A stretch of DNA of 64,000 nt from Octopus bimaculoides (Eukaryota). Positions 36,640-51,242 of the stretch are shown piece by piece. The DNA lies in the NCBI RefSeq assembly GCF_001194135.2, contig NC_069003.1, positions 19,732,188 to 19,796,187 on the forward strand. Direction: 5' to 3'. Each line of letters starts with the position of its first letter. Position 1 is the first letter of the stretch. The notes below the pieces were generated by a model. The model saw nothing but the letters and a program-made list of their open reading frames with translations, did not search any database and had not been told where the DNA came from. Made by a program: the position numbers and the translations under genes.

Positions 36640-39108
36640 CTAGAAAGTTACCCTCCAAGGTACAGATCCAGACAAGGTGGTTTGTGGAAGACCTTTCCAT
36701 GCCACTAGTGTTGTCTAAAAGAAAAGCAAAGGCTGATACAGCTTGGCACCAGTGATTTTGGCAACTCCGTTCTATGGCTGAGTGAACTGCAGCAATGTGA
36801 AATAAAGTGTCTTGCTTAAGAACACAATACCCAGCCCAGTCTAGGAATCAAAGTCACAACCTCACAATTGTAAGTTTGACGTGCTAACCACTGCACCATG
36901 CACCTTCACACACACACACACACACATACATCAATATTTAATGTCCCCTTTTCCATGCTGGCCATGGGTCTGACAATTCAACATCAACTGACATGAAGGC
37001 AACTATGCCTAACTCCAATGTCTGCTTTGGCTTGGTTTCTACAGCTGAATGCCCTTTCTAATGTAAACCACTTCATATACACATGCTTACACAGACATAC
37101 ATTACACACGTACACACAGGAGAAAAGGAGACAAACAGTTTATTTAGGTTAGCCAGTGACTTTTTCTTAGGAGTTTCTGAAACATGTACTCAGGTCCTAG
37201 GACAGGGGAAGAATAAATACCTTTGATTACATATGGGCACACACACACACACACAGACTTGTGTGTCTAAATTTATAGGAAAAATATAATCATGAACTTA
37301 AGGAATTCAATTCACAACTCGAAAGTTCTAGCTTCGATCCCACTGTACAGTGGGCCAATGCCTTGTGAGTGGAATTTGGTAGATAGGAATTGTGTGAAAG
37401 ACCAGTGTGTGTGTATGTGTGTTCATGCATCTGCTTCTATTGGTGTGTTCTATTGCATCCTTTTGTCAAATGATAACTTTACCATCCAATAGAGTTCAAT
37501 AAAATAAGTATCATCCTAGGGATGACATGATTCACAAAGAAACTTTTGAAGACAGCCAAATGAATAGAACCAGTAAAAAGAAAACTTCAAATGGACAGAA
37601 AGATTTAAACAGACAGGTAGAGAGAGGGGAGGAGATGAGGGGGCGAAGGGGGAGAAAGAGACAGACAGATAGGTAGATAGATAGGCAGGCAGGTAGATAT
37701 GTCCATAGATAGACAGGCAGACAGATTAACAGATAGAGAGCTAGACATACACCCAGGTGGACAAACAGACAGGTATGCAGGCAGATAGACAGAAAGCAGA
37801 CAAACTGGCAGACAGTCAGAAAAATAGGCAGACAGAATATAAATGTTAAATTGGGGTTATTATTTCAAAGCAAGTTTAATAACAACAGAACATTTCTTGA
37901 TGGCATGAGTAGAGATTCGATACCAAGTGTGGAATCAAATTGATTGTAGACATTTTGGTTGACTAAGACTTTCAAGTTTCGCCTAATGGCTAATTCAGCC
38001 AGATAGACACACAGCTAAACAGACAGAGGCAGGCATACATACAGACAGACAGAATCAATAAGCAACAGCCTAAAAATCCAGCAGTGAAGCAGAACTAAGG
38101 CAGAATATTAATATAATAAAGGTGTGTTGAAGACAACAATGGATTTGTGGTAGAACAAAAATACTTCCTTCATGACTCACAACGTTTATACTTTTAGTGC
38201 TTTCTGTTTTCTGACAGTGGTGGTCGTGCTTGGACACAGCTTAAAAGAGTTCCATTTTACATTGATTATATTGATTTGACTATTGTTCTGGGAGATTTTT
38301 TTGTTTGTTTTTGTTACATGCTTGTTTCTGTATGGTTCTCATTGATACTGCTTGAGCAAGTGTGCATCCGTTTGTGTCTCCAGCAAACAATACAACCTGT
38401 AACTTGGTGGCCATTTTTTGTTTCATACAAAGACGAATGGACTGAAAATACACTTCAGTCAATGATAACCAAATAGGAGTTGGCAACAAGGGCATCCAGC
38501 CATAGAATTACTGTCTCTATCAGTCTCATCCAATCCATGTCGATCATGGAAAAATGCAAACAAAATAATGCAATGATAGCAATGATGATGTTGAGGAGGA
38601 TGGTAGTGGTGGCAGCAGTATGGATGGTGGTGATGTTTGTGGTGTTGGTGGTGGTAGTGGCGTAGGTGGTCATGGTGTTGATGATGATGGTGTTGGCAGT
38701 GATGTTGTAGTGTTGATGATGACAATCGTGAAAGTGATGACAGCAATGGTGATGATGATGACAATGAAAATAATGACAACAATGGTGATAATGATGACAA
38801 TGATGATGATTAAACTGAGATTAAGTAAGGCATCAAAACTTAGAAGTGAACAAAAGAACCTTTATGAAATCAGGCTAGAAACAAAAGTCAAATTTCTCTG
38901 ACTTTAAAAACTGTAAAAAGAAGAAAAAATACAAGTAATTATCATGACTGGGATATCTCTGATCATAAATCTGCTTGTTCAGAGTAACTATCACCATGAG
39001 CATAATAGTTCAGCCACTGGACCATGTGACATCACAAGTAAAGTAACAACTCACTGGACCAACAAAATATTAGGTTTTCCTGAAGTATGCACCCGTGCAT
39101 GCACACAT

Positions 39109-39152
<44 letters not shown>

Positions 39153-39950
39153 GCATGCACAAATGCAATGAGCATGCAAAGCACAATTGAAAGACCATAA
39201 TCCTAGAAGAGCTTAAGTCACACAAAAATCAATGTTTCCATGGTTTTAAGATGATCAAATTTAGTTTATCTTAAAAACCATGGAACAAACCTAATTGTAT
39301 ATAATGAGATTTTGATTACTGTTTGCTGCACTACATTTTATGTGGGATGAATGGAGGGATACATGCATACACACACACTGCACACATAAGCTTATTTTAT
39401 CATTATTTTATCAAATCTGGATTGTTCAAAAAGCAAATCTCTGCCAGATATTGAACTCTAAATAATGAAGAACGGAACTAAACTCCATAATGCATTTAAC
39501 CTATCAACTAATAATGATAATGCTTTCAGTTAATAAGGATGATCCTTTGCATTCTGAGTTGAAAATCTTTTTAGGGGTTAAATCTTGCTTAACATTCTCC
39601 TGGAGTTAATAAAATCAAGTATCAATTAAGTGCTCAGATTGATATAATCAACTTACACCCTTCCCCAAAATGTCTGACCTTATGCTCACATTTACAAAAT
39701 CATTATTTCAAGCATAACACAAGACCACATACTTTGGAGATGTATACAAATTAATTTTATTGATCCTCAGTACTTAACTGGTACCTTATTTTTCCATACC
39801 CAGAAAGACGAAAGGTAAAATTGATCTCAACAGTGTTTGTAATCAAAACAGAAATGTAAGTAGGTATTACATGATGCTAATAATAGTTTCTCATAAAGGT
39901 ACAGGGCTAGAAGTTTGGAGAGAGGGAAAGTGGGAGTAGTCGATAGAAAT

Positions 39951-40281
39951 CAGGGGTTCTCAATCATTTTTTATTTATGGACCCCTCTGATTACTATTTT
40001 ATTCTGGTGAGCCCCCATAGCCATTTGATGTTTAAAACTAGTTTTATAGAAACCTCTTTCAAAATTCCTGTTTTTGTTTTTCCCACATTAACTTATATAG
40101 GTTGAACTATGTGAAATGTTAGAAAAAGAAACCTAGCTGTTTCTTGCAATACATACCAATACATATATCTAAAGCAAAAATTTTTTCGGGGGCCCTTAAA
40201 ATACAATTGTGGTTGTACAAGTTACTATTGTGTTGCATGGACCCCACACAATCTTATATGGACCCCAGTTGAGAACTATTG
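39951..40281. mobile_element. hAT/Charlie-type MITE
   Basis: Ends CAGGGGTTCTCAA / TTGAGAACTATTG; flanking 8-mers ATAGAAAT / ATTTAAAT. Confidence 0.65.
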
Positions 40282-40956
40282 ATTTAAATGATCTTCATAC
40301 ACAATTAGTACTTTATTTTATTGACTGGCAAAGTTAACCTGCACTGGGATTGAAGTCAGAACATTAATAAATACAACAGGGCAAAACTGAAAAGTCATTT
40401 TACGATTTTATAACAACTGACGGCAGACCCTTACCACAGCATACATGGATGAGCAATGAAAGCCCCTAGAACTGAAGGGGCTTCTGAGAAACTTCTAATG
40501 TATCTATGTTTCAAGAGGACACGTAACCTTGTATACTTCTATAATTCACTTCATTTATAATTAATTAGCAACTAATGAGATGATATAAAGCCACTTCTAT
40601 AGCAGCTTAAACAAGTTACCTAGAAATATAAACACACAGAAGTTTCTAGAAAGTATTCAGAAATAAATTTTTATTATCATGTAAATGGTTGCAGGCAGGA
40701 CTGCATGACTAAGAAGTTTGTTATGCAATTACATAGCTTTGGGTTTGGTCTCGATGGGTGTCAACTTTAGCATGGATCTTCTAAGACTGTTGCCAGAAAC
40801 TGACCTAAATCTTAAATGAAACTATGTAATTGTGTAGAGAGAATGTGTGTGGAACCCCTGTCAAGTGAACATGGAACCTATTCTACAGTTGTGAACTTAT
40901 TTCATTGCCTGGCTAAACACCATCACCTGGTTTTGGGAGGCTTTAATCCTTTAGTA

Positions 40957-42502
40957 CAGTTTTTCTCAACCTTTTTAATATCCAGGCCAGAAAAATTTAT
41001 TATATTTAAGAGAGAAGACTAAAAAAAGAAAACAGTAGAGTGATGGAATTTAATGTGAAACTTAATTTTGCTTTCAACCTTCAACTAGTTTGTTAAAACA
41101 AGGGCTCATGGTGGAAGACACAGTACGCAAAAGCTGGATGACATGATGGTCAATCAATCAGTTACAATATTTTGTCTTGATACCCACTAGTTTGCTGAAA
41201 AGTGTTTCACACACATGTTGACCCAAATACCAAGGAATTTTTATATGTGTTAACAATCAAATTAGGATATTTCCCATCTAGGTTTCAACTCCAGAAGCCC
41301 AGGAGTTCCATTTGAAATTTGTCAGAAGTGGTTAATGCATGCATCTCCATAGGTTCTAAAAATATTTTCCTCGAGGACAAAGAATCCTTGATGTCATCAA
41401 AGCAGTGTTTAGATTTGTCAATCAAGTTACTCCTGTGGTGCTTAGTGCATGACTTGTTGCCCTTGTGCTCAGAAAGTGATGAGAAATGGGTTGTAGTGTC
41501 AAGTGCAACTAGAATCTTCCAAAGGTAAAGCTTTGCAATGAAAGCAAACACTGTGCTGTACAATTCATGGAAGAGCTTGTCCTTACCTTGTAGGTCATGG
41601 TACAAAGTCAAAAGGTGTGCAGTAATATCAACAATGAAAGCCAAATCAGCAATCCATTCTTTGTTGCTAAGCTGAGGGAAGATTATCTTCCCTTCAGCTA
41701 AAGTTTTTTATTTCTGGGAGAAGTTTGAAGAACCTATTGAGGTATGTGGCATGGCTTAACCATCAAACAGTGGTGTACTTGAGCACATCTCCATAGCCGG
41801 AATCAATATCCACTAGAAACTACTTAAAATTACAATGGTTCAGGACTTTTACTCAAATCCAATTCATGACTGAAATTGCAGCCTGTCACAATGGCTATTT
41901 TCAGTGACTTAGCAATGATATTTTCCTGATGTATAATGCAGAAGAAAGGTTCTCTGCTTGCCATCTGACAATGAGTCCGTGAAGATCTTGTTTCTGTCCA
42001 AGCATAGAAGAACCTCCATCTGTGGCAATGAAAACAGCTTTGATGGATCCAAAAGTGTTTGTTGAAGGCTTGCACAAAATTCCCAGAACATATCTGTCCC
42101 TTTTGTTGAGGCATGAATGGAACACAATATAAATAAATTCTTTATAAATCTGGAAATCTGGCATGACTCCCCTGGTGAACACAGCTAATTGCTCTGTATC
42201 AGTAATGTCTTTTGTGCTGTCAAAAGTGATAGAGTAGCAAATAAAATCTATCAACTTACTGAGAAGCTGGTCATGTAGGTCATTAGATATGCATTCAACT
42301 CAAGTTAGCCTGTCTTGCTGAGCTGCATTTTCTTAGCTTTTTGCTGAATGCTAGAACAACATGCTTCAGGGAACATAGCTATAACCTGTTTCATGATTTT
42401 GCCATCTGAATATGGCATTATGTGGCAAGCCAGAAGGTGACTAATCCTGTATGATGCCATTGTTACATCTTTAGACTCATTTATATGTTTGAAGAAATTC
42501 AT
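40957..42502 (-). mobile_element. hAT (Charlie/SPIN, GTF2IRD2-like) transposase pseudogene
   Basis: Fragmented ORFs: ASYRISHLLA..PYSDG; SITFDSTKDITDTEQLAVFTRGV; ATDGGSSMLG; CIIHQENIIAK; AFIVDITAHL..LQGKDK; TIR-like CAGTTTTTCTCAACCTTTTT at 40957. Confidence 0.8.
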
Positions 42503-42718
42503 TGCTTTAGCATATATACTGGCTATATCTGGCCCAAATATTCTACCTCGTCAAACTGACCAGATAAAGCCTCTCATATCTACCCAACAATGTCATTCTA
42601 AAAATAAACAATCACATCATCAAAGTCTCAAGGCTACAAGATAATGCTGCATGATTAATTCACAACAATGTAAATAAACAAGCATTACATATAACAGAAT
42701 AATCTGAATTCTAAAGGG
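42503..42718. mobile_element. piggyBac-derived MITE (CCCTTTAG family)
   Basis: Homologous to 7835-8040; right end CTAAAGGG|TTAA; abuts and truncates the hAT relic. Confidence 0.7.
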
Positions 42719-43589
42719 TTAACAGAGTTAACTCTGCTGCAAACATTTGGACCAGGACCTCAGTGTAAGGACAGAATAACTAAATATCTTGATGTATTAC
42801 ATCCTACTGTAGTAACTCATTTGACTCTTATTTCTTCCTCTGTTTTTTTAATATCATTCATGGAGGCCTGACAAAAAGGTCAAGGTTGCTACCTTCCCAT
42901 CCAAGACTAAAGTATAAAAGAGATATTTTTCAGACACTCATGCCAGCATGGGAGCTGGATGTTAAACAATGATGATGATGATATTAACCTTGAATAATTT
43001 AATGCAAAGGTTACTCAAACGTATCTTGTAATTTGTGATAAACGAAAGTTATTCATTTATTCTTCTCTGCTAACAAAACTTGCAATAATTACAAAAAGCA
43101 AAAACAAAAAAAAAGATGAAAAAGTAAAAAAGAAAAATGTTGAGAAAAGAAGAGAAAAGTTAAAGGAGTGAGGAGTGAGCAGAGCCAGAGGAGAAAAAAT
43201 AAGAAGAATATCATTTAATGCTTGAAAAATGTAATTTAAAACAAAAAAATTATTAAACTAAAATTAGTTAAAATTTAAAATAAAATGAAATGATTATCTG
43301 AGATGGTTCATTTCCTTAAGTCAACATTGTAGGTTCAATACTTGAGTAGTTGAAGGTTTTATTGGTTAGAAATTAAATTATGTAATTCAGTCAATTATTT
43401 TATTCATTGATTAAAATGAAAGGGGATCGTGTTTACTAGATCGCTAGTTGGTTGGTTGGTTGGTTGTCTGGTGGAAGTGAAGGAATCATATTCAAGGACT
43501 AGCATTTTCTTAACAAAGATAGTGTTTTTTTTTTTATCAAAAAATTTCACAAAGAAACAAACACCTAGAAGAAATAAAGTTCAACAGGT

Positions 43590-43958
43590 ATAGGCGTGAC
43601 TGTGTAGTAAGGAGTTTGCTTCCTAATCATATGGTTACAGGTACAGTCCCACTGTATGGCACCTTGGCAAAGTGTTTCCTACTACAGATTTGAGCCGACC
43701 AAAGTCTTCTGAGTGAATTTGGTAGATGGCTACAGGAATGCGCTTGTGTGTGTGTGTGTCTGTGGTTGTCCCACACCACTGCTTGACAACTGGTGTTGGT
43801 ATATTTACGGCCCCATAACTTAGTAGTTCAGCATTTGATACGATAAATAGAAAGCTTTAATAATACATATATAAACTAGAGTTGATTTGTTTGATTAAAA
43901 CTGTTCAAGGTGGTGTCCAAGCATGGCCACAATCCAATGACTGATCAAGTGGAAGAAA
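43590..43958 (+). mobile_element. tRNA-derived SINE (family A)
   Basis: Family head and body blocks. Confidence 0.75.
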
Positions 43959-44324
43959 GATGAAAGGCAAAAATAGCAGCCAAATCTCCCTCACACCACA
44001 CACACACAGTTTAAAAACAATAATAGTGAAAGATAGAAACTGTTGGAATGGTTATACATGGAATGCCTTTGACCACAGACCTGGAAGAGTGGGAATAAAC
44101 AACAAAAAGGTTTCTATGCTTCCAGAAGTAGATTCTGTCTTCCTTTTTTTTCTTTTTGTTTTTTAGTGAAATCAAAAGATCCCAATATTTAACAATTCTT
44201 GTTATATTAACAGTTTTTTTAATTTGTGACATATGTCCTGTTGGTCCTTGTCAAAGGCTGGGTGAAATGAAGGTGTAGAAGTTATATTATTCATATGCAC
44301 ATATATATGCATACATGGTTGGCA

Positions 44325-44695
44325 CTCTGTTGGCTACAGCGACGAGGGTTCCAGTTGATCCGATCAACGGAACAGCTTGCTCCTGAAATTAACGTGCAAG
44401 TGGCTGAGCACTCCACAAACATGTGTACCCTTAACATAGTTCTCGAGGAGATTCAGCATGACACAGAGTGTGACAAAGCTGGCCCTTTGAATTACAGGCA
44501 CAACAGAAACAGGAAGAAAGAATGAGAATAGTTGTGGTGAAAGAGTATAGCAGGGTTTGCCACCACCCCCTGCCGGAGCCTTGTGGAACTTTAGGTGTTT
44601 TTGCTCAATAAACACTCACAAAGCTTCGGTCTGGGAATCGAAACCGCTATCCTACGACCGCAAGTCCGCTGCCCTAACCACTGGGCCATTGTGCT
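44325..44695 (-). mobile_element. tRNA-derived SINE (family C)
   Basis: Minus-strand A box TGGCCCAGTGG and B box GGTTTCGATTCC near 44690-44634, followed by a distinct GC-richer body. Confidence 0.75.
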
Positions 44696-44878
44696 TCTAC
44701 TGCATACATACATATAGACAGATATATGCATACATATATAAAAATGCACATGCATCTCTCTCTCATATATATNNNNNNNNNNNNNNNNNNNNNNNNNNNN
44801 NNNNNNNNNNNNNNNNNNNNNNNNNNNNNNNNNNNNNNNNNNNNNNNNNNNNNNNNNNNNNNNNNNNNNNNNNNNNNN

Positions 44879-44957
<79 letters not shown>
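44879..44957. repeat. (GATA)n microsatellite
   Basis: Directly visible. Many other (CA)n, (TA)n and (GA)n tracts occur across the window. Confidence 0.95.
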
Positions 44958-44959
<2 letters not shown>

Positions 44960-45134
44960 ATTTAAAAGCACCCAGTACACTCTGTAAAGTGGGTGGAATT
45001 AGGAAGGGCATCCAACTGTAGAAACCATGCCGAAGCAGACAATAGTAACTGGCACACTCATCTGGCATGCCAGCTCTTGTCAAACCATCTAACCCATGCC
45101 AGTGTGGAAAACAGTTGTTAAATGATGCTGTGTA

Positions 45135-45872
45135 CAGGGTGTGATGGGTAAATAGCACCATGATGCAATTCACTTTGCAGAAATTTGGAAACGCCATACT
45201 GTACCGCTTAGCATTCATCCGGAAGCTCCAAAACAAACATTTCAGAGTGTTTGGGTGTCAATCTGAGTACAGTGCATAAAAATCAAACATTCAGTCAACA
45301 TCATGGTGTTTGGAGTGATCATTAACGATGGCGACTTTATGCCTCCATTCATCTTCCAACACAGCCTCAGACTCAACATGGAGGCTTACATCAAGTGCCT
45401 GGAGGAGGTAGTGCTGCCCTGGGTCAAGAGGGTGGCTGCTGGAACACCCTATGCCTGGCAACAGGACTCTGCACCATGCTACATAAGCAGGAGAATCCAG
45501 TCATGGCTGTCAGACAATTTCTGCAACCACATTACCCCTAACATCTGGCCACCTAACTCCCCAGACTGCAACACCCTTCTTTATTATGTGTGGGCTGCAG
45601 TTGAATGAGAGACCAACAAAACTCTTTGTAACACCAAAGATGAACTGAAGGCAAGGATTATGGCAGCATTTACCAACTTGAACAAGGAGACTGTCCAGAA
45701 GAGTTCCGAAGTCATCTGGAGGCCATAGTTGAAGCCAATGGCAATGTTATTGAATAAATTTACTCTTTAGTATTTCAAAATACTTTAATGTAATTTTGGT
45801 AAATGTAACTGTTAAAATGAGAAGTCAGTGTTATTTTCATTTTTGCATAATGGTAATTTTTGCTGCACCCTA
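45135..45872 (+). mobile_element. Tc1/mariner DD37D (maT) element, internally deleted
   Basis: TA flanks, CAGGGTG...CACCCT termini; QQDSAP followed by 37 residues to the third-D position. Confidence 0.85.
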
Positions 45873-45918
45873 TATATAATATGCATGTGTGTTTGTGTGT
45901 GTATTATATATGTATATA

Positions 45919-46333
45919 GGTGCAGGTATGGCTGTGTGATAAGAAGCTCGTTTCCCAACCACACAGTCCCAGGTTCAGTCCTACTGCATGGCACCTTAGA
46001 TAAGTACCTTCTACTACACGCCCAGGCTGACCAAAGCCTTGTAAGTGGATTTAGTAGTCGGAACCTGAATGAAATGTGTGTGTGTGTGTGTGTGTGTGTG
46101 TTTCTCCCTCTCTTTATTTGTTCCCCACCACTGCTTGACAACTGGTATTGTGTTTATGTCTCTATAATTTAGTGGTTTGGCAAAAAAAACAAACTGATAG
46201 AATAAGGACCAGTCTTAAATAAAAAAAAAAGATGAAAATGTAAGTACTGGGGTTGATTCATTTGACTAAATATTCCCCAAGGTGGTGCCCCAGCATGGCT
46301 ACAGTTTAATACTGAAACAAGTAAAAGATAAAA
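45919..46333 (+). mobile_element. tRNA-derived SINE (family A)
   Basis: Full-length family copy. Confidence 0.8.
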
Positions 46334-46436
46334 GATACATACATACACACATTTACATATATGCACCTATTTCAATGTTTGTGTTTTTATATATTAATAT
46401 ACTTACACATTTACATACATGCACACACACACACAC

Positions 46437-46497
<61 letters not shown>

Positions 46498-47134
46498 CAC
46501 ACACAGACACCCATAAACATTTACATATATACACATATATCTATACAAACACATATACACACAAATATACATACATATACATCAATTACAAAAAATAATT
46601 TGATTATTCGTCACTCATCACAGCTGGAATCACAGCACTTGGCAAAAGTACCCCCTGCTTTAGTTGTTGCCAGTCAAAGACCTACAAATAACATCAGCAA
46701 TCAAATTTACCCTTCTTAAAACTGAAAAATACATCAAACAATTTTCTCTGATGTTAAGAAATTTTTCAAAATTAATTCTCAGTCTCTCCCAGTGCTTCTG
46801 TTTATTTTAGCATTAATCAGAGAGAGAGAGAGAGAGAGAGTGTGTGTGTGTGAGCGTGTGTATGGGCGTGTGTGTGCATGCATGTATTTCTAACATTTAT
46901 AACAGCAAGAAACACCAAGGCAATCCATAATTTCTTTATTAAAGATCTAAAGATTTAGATTTGGAAATATCTGCAAAGTTGAGAAATATAGATTTAATGA
47001 TGTTTTTAACTATGAAGGATGGAATTTGGCCAAAAGAAATGTTAAAACTTGATGGATGAATGTGGAAAAAAAACTTCTTTCCAAATCAAGCAACATTCAC
47101 ATCATTGGTTTCTGTCTCACATTACACTTTTTTC

Positions 47135-47490
47135 CCTGACTTGTTTCAGTCATTAGACTGTGCCCATACTGGGGCACCAGCTTTTAAAATTTTTATTTGA
47201 ATGCATTGTCCCGAGTACTTTCTTCTTTTTAAAGCCTGGTACTTATTCTATTTTGCCAAATTGCTCAGTTACAGGGATGTAAACACACCAACAATGATTG
47301 TGAAGTGGTGGGAGACAAACAGACACAAAAATATGCATGCACACGCACACACACATCCGATGGGTTTCTTTCAGTTTCTGTCAACCAAATCCATTTACAA
47401 GGCTTTATTTAGTTGACTCAATGCTATAACAGAAAACACTTGCCCAAAGTGCCACACAGTGGGACTGAACCCAGAACCATGTGATTAGGA
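47135..47490 (-). mobile_element. tRNA-derived SINE (family A)
   Basis: Family blocks. Confidence 0.75.
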
Positions 47491-49344
47491 AGCAATGTTA
47501 AAAATATGCGACAACAAGTACCCAAATACTGATGTTTCTTAAAAAGGTGCCATAAACTAAGGAAAGTGGTCAAAGAATATTTTACACACACACATCATCA
47601 TTATCTAATCTTTTCATTACTATATTTGTTTTGAAATACATAGCCTTTGTTTCAATTAATTTTTAAAATAATGAAAAATTTATGGAAGTAACATGATCAT
47701 TATTAAACTGGGTTTGGGAATATAACATTAAATCTTAATGAAAGGTTTGAATTTAGATCACTTTAAAACCGGAAATTGATATGACAGCACCAAGAGCAGT
47801 CTGAGCCAGGTTTGTATCAAAAGGGTTAACACCAGTCTTCCTTGCTGACATGAATTGGATAGTTTGACAGAATCCAATGAACTGGAGGACTGTATCAAGC
47901 CACAAAGGATGTTTTGGCATGGCTTCTATGATTGGGTGAGATTCCTAATGCCAACTACTTTACAAAGTATATTAGGTAGACTCTAATTCAATACACTTCT
48001 CTCTTCCTCTCTTTCTCTTTCTATCTTTCTTTCTTTCATATGTTCTCATTCCAAACTCTAGCCATTTCATACTCTCTCTCTCTCAGTTCTAGTCCATATT
48101 CCCCTCCTCTCTGTCTTAGATCTATTCCTTCCTCTTCCAACTATCCTTGTAGTCCCATACCAGTTCCTCTCATTCTCTCGCCCCTCTCAGTTCTAGTTCC
48201 ATTCTCCTCCTCTCTCCACTGTCACTCAGGTCTAATTGCTTACCCTTTCCTATCCCTTTCTCTCAGTTTTAATCTCTCGCTCTTCCTTTTCTCTCTCAGT
48301 TCTAGTCAAAGTTAGTCCTCCTATGCTTCATTACTTACCATCAAATTACCAATTCATGAAACAAACTCCTTTATAGCATGACACTGTAACATCCATTTCT
48401 TCCTGTCCAAATGATTGATTGCAGCTTTCTCCAACTTACTAATTTACTATATGAATACCATAGCAATATACATCACCAATGAGGGAGTTTTAACATAATC
48501 TACCACCCTACTAGAAATAGCAGCTCAATCTCCTTCGAATCACACTCAAATGAAGGATACACTGATATGCAAAAAGACAGGATGGTCATGGTTGGAACAC
48601 CTTTCATTACACGTCATCTTCATCAAGGCTGACTTGGGACTAAACAACAACAGCCACAATGATAAATGAACATGGATTATTCCTGGCCATTGCACTGTCA
48701 CAAGTCCTATGACTCATAGAGCTGGCTCCCCAGTTTCCATGTCATATAAGTGAGCAAGAGCACAACATTGTCCCTAAATGGGATGCCAGTCTGTTGTAGG
48801 GTTACTCATTTACAGCTGAGTGGACAGGAGCAATGCGAATTGAAGTGTTCTGCTTAAAAGCATAATGTACCTCCCAATCTGGGAATCAAAACCATGATCT
48901 TGTGATTGTGAGTGCAACGCCCTAACCACTGGTCCACACACTTTCACATTCCTAACTGCTGAGGAAGCATCTATATGTCTGATCAGCTTGCTAGAAACAG
49001 CAATCAGACCTCTCCTATGTCTTAAAAAAAATAAATAAATAAAAAGTTGCATTGCATGATGTAGTTCTTGGTATGTGAAAAGTCAGGATGGTCATGACCG
49101 GAACAACTTTGGTTATAGGTCTGCTCAATCACTGCTGGTAACAAAACAATATGGTTCATTTCAACTGAGAGTACATTTATGTGCCTGTTCGGTTCATTAG
49201 AATCAGCACCCAAATTGCCCTCAACTGACACCCTACTACGGAGCTTTTGAAACTTTGCACAATAGTGACAAGCATGCTTTTAAAAAAACTTTGTGACACC
49301 TTAGTGTTTTGTTAGTGACACAAAATTAATAAATAATCAATTAA

Positions 49345-50862
49345 CCTTTTGCCTGCCCAAAACATTGTTCATGCTTGTTTTCAAAGATTTAGTTGGCCCT
49401 CATTTCATAAAGCGGAATGATGTAAAGTTTTCCTGTCATAAATCCTAAGTTACTATGGTAGTTGAAAAAAAAAAAAAATTGGGGATGTGTATCTATCAGG
49501 CACACAGTGACCAACAACAGAATGTTATAGTTGAGTCTACTGTGTAGACAATATATGCTTAGGTTGCAAATGAAAGTTTAAGGGGGCCATGGCCGTTTGC
49601 ATGGTGATCGCATTTTATTGGTTAATTTTCAATCATCATCAACCAATGAGCAATAGTTTGGCATCCAGTTGTCTTCGAGAATTTTGTGTTACTCATTTTT
49701 GCCTTCTCTTCATTGTATGATATATCGTTTTAGATTTTGCTAATGACTTTCTAAAAATTAATATTATTAATATTTTTTCAAATATATTTCTTTATAGTAT
49801 AGCTTATAATATGCTGGCTGCTGTTCATTATCTCTCTCTATGATAATAAACAAATACGACAATTATTATCGATTTTATTGTACATTTTTTAATATTGTGA
49901 CAGTCACACTATTTCAATTGGTTGGCATTTGGGTGTCAAGTTTATTAGAGGCTGCCACACCATTAGGAGAAATACAATACATATATAAAATATTACAAGC
50001 ATTGCTTTAAAAAGTACGAAACTAGAATAAAAAAATGCTCACGCTCAAAAGGGTTACAGAATGTCATAATAAACCTTAAAAAGTATGGGACAAGCATTGT
50101 TGCTGAAAAATATTGGAATCACTGTATGTTGTACATTCTGTGGCATCCTTTTATCACAAGAAATTTGTTGAGTTCATCGAAATTAAGTTATATTGAAAAT
50201 TAATTAAGTTAAATTATCAAATACTCAATTTTAACAAAACAATTGTGTACAAATACTAATGTCATCTATACATAATTAATTCAATCTATGAATGACAATT
50301 TTTGCAAATTCACAAGTAATGAATCAAAAATAATTTAGTAATAATTTGTTTAATTTGCATAACTATTCCATTAATATGTGTATCATAATGTGAATTATCT
50401 TTGCTTATAATTATTTTGGTTTCATACTTTCGCTGTTATGTAGATTCGACTTCATCATAAATCCAGTATTGTTTTCTATTATCATGGTAATTTGCATGCA
50501 GCATGAAATATGTTTTTTATATATACTTTGGGATGAAGAGAATTATAATGAATTTATTTATTCAAAGTCAAAGGTCATATTTTGTACATTTTCAAATTTT
50601 TATATTAAGAACTCAGTATAATAATTATCATGACATTGTAATTCAGACACGAGTCTCTTTTCCTTTTAAGATGCCACAGAATGTACAACATGTAGTGATG
50701 CCAACATTTTTGAGGAACAATGCTAGTTCCATACTTTTTTTAAGGTTTATTATGACATTCTGTAACCCTTTTGAGCACGTGCATTTTTCAAACATATATG
50801 AATGCATGGATGGCAGGGAAATATGTTCTGTGTAATTCTTAATACACAGGACAGGCAAAAGG
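49345..50862. mobile_element. non-coding TTAA-specific (piggyBac-type) element, 1518 bp
   Basis: TTAA at 49341-49344 and 50863-50866; perfect 11-bp TIR CCTTTTGCCTG / CAGGCAAAAGG; no transposase-like ORF seen. Confidence 0.75.
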
Positions 50863-51025
50863 TTAAATATTACCTCATGTTTAATTATATATCAGATCTC
50901 AAATATAATAAACAGCCCAGTATTCATAAAAACTGGTCAGATTTTCACAATTCCACATGATATTGTCAACGACATACCAGAGTGCAGTGGCATACAGTTT
51001 GGAAGCCTTTACTGTATTATCTTAA

Positions 51026-51242
51026 CACTTTAGCATTTAAACCAGCCATATCTGGCCCAAATATTCTCCCCGTTTTATGTTCAAGCTGACCAGATCCAGC
51101 CTATTACACTTATCCTACAATATTATTCTAAAAATAAACAATCACATTATTGAAACCTTGAAGTTTCAAGATGATGCATGATTAATATAAAATATGGATT
51201 AGTAAGCATTACATTTGACAGAATAATCTGAATGCTAAAGGA
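51026..51242. mobile_element. piggyBac-derived MITE (CCCTTTAG family)
   Basis: TTAA flanks at 51022-25 and 51243-46; homologous to 7835-8040. Confidence 0.75.

Noticed and set aside
39236-39285. 17-bp-stem hairpin
   Set aside because: Short and AT-rich, with no supporting context; may be a tiny MITE remnant or chance.
44630-44695. tRNA gene calls for tRNA-like heads (also 17803-17862 and family A heads)
   Set aside because: A/B boxes are present but there is no complete cloverleaf or acceptor stem, and they continue into repeat bodies.
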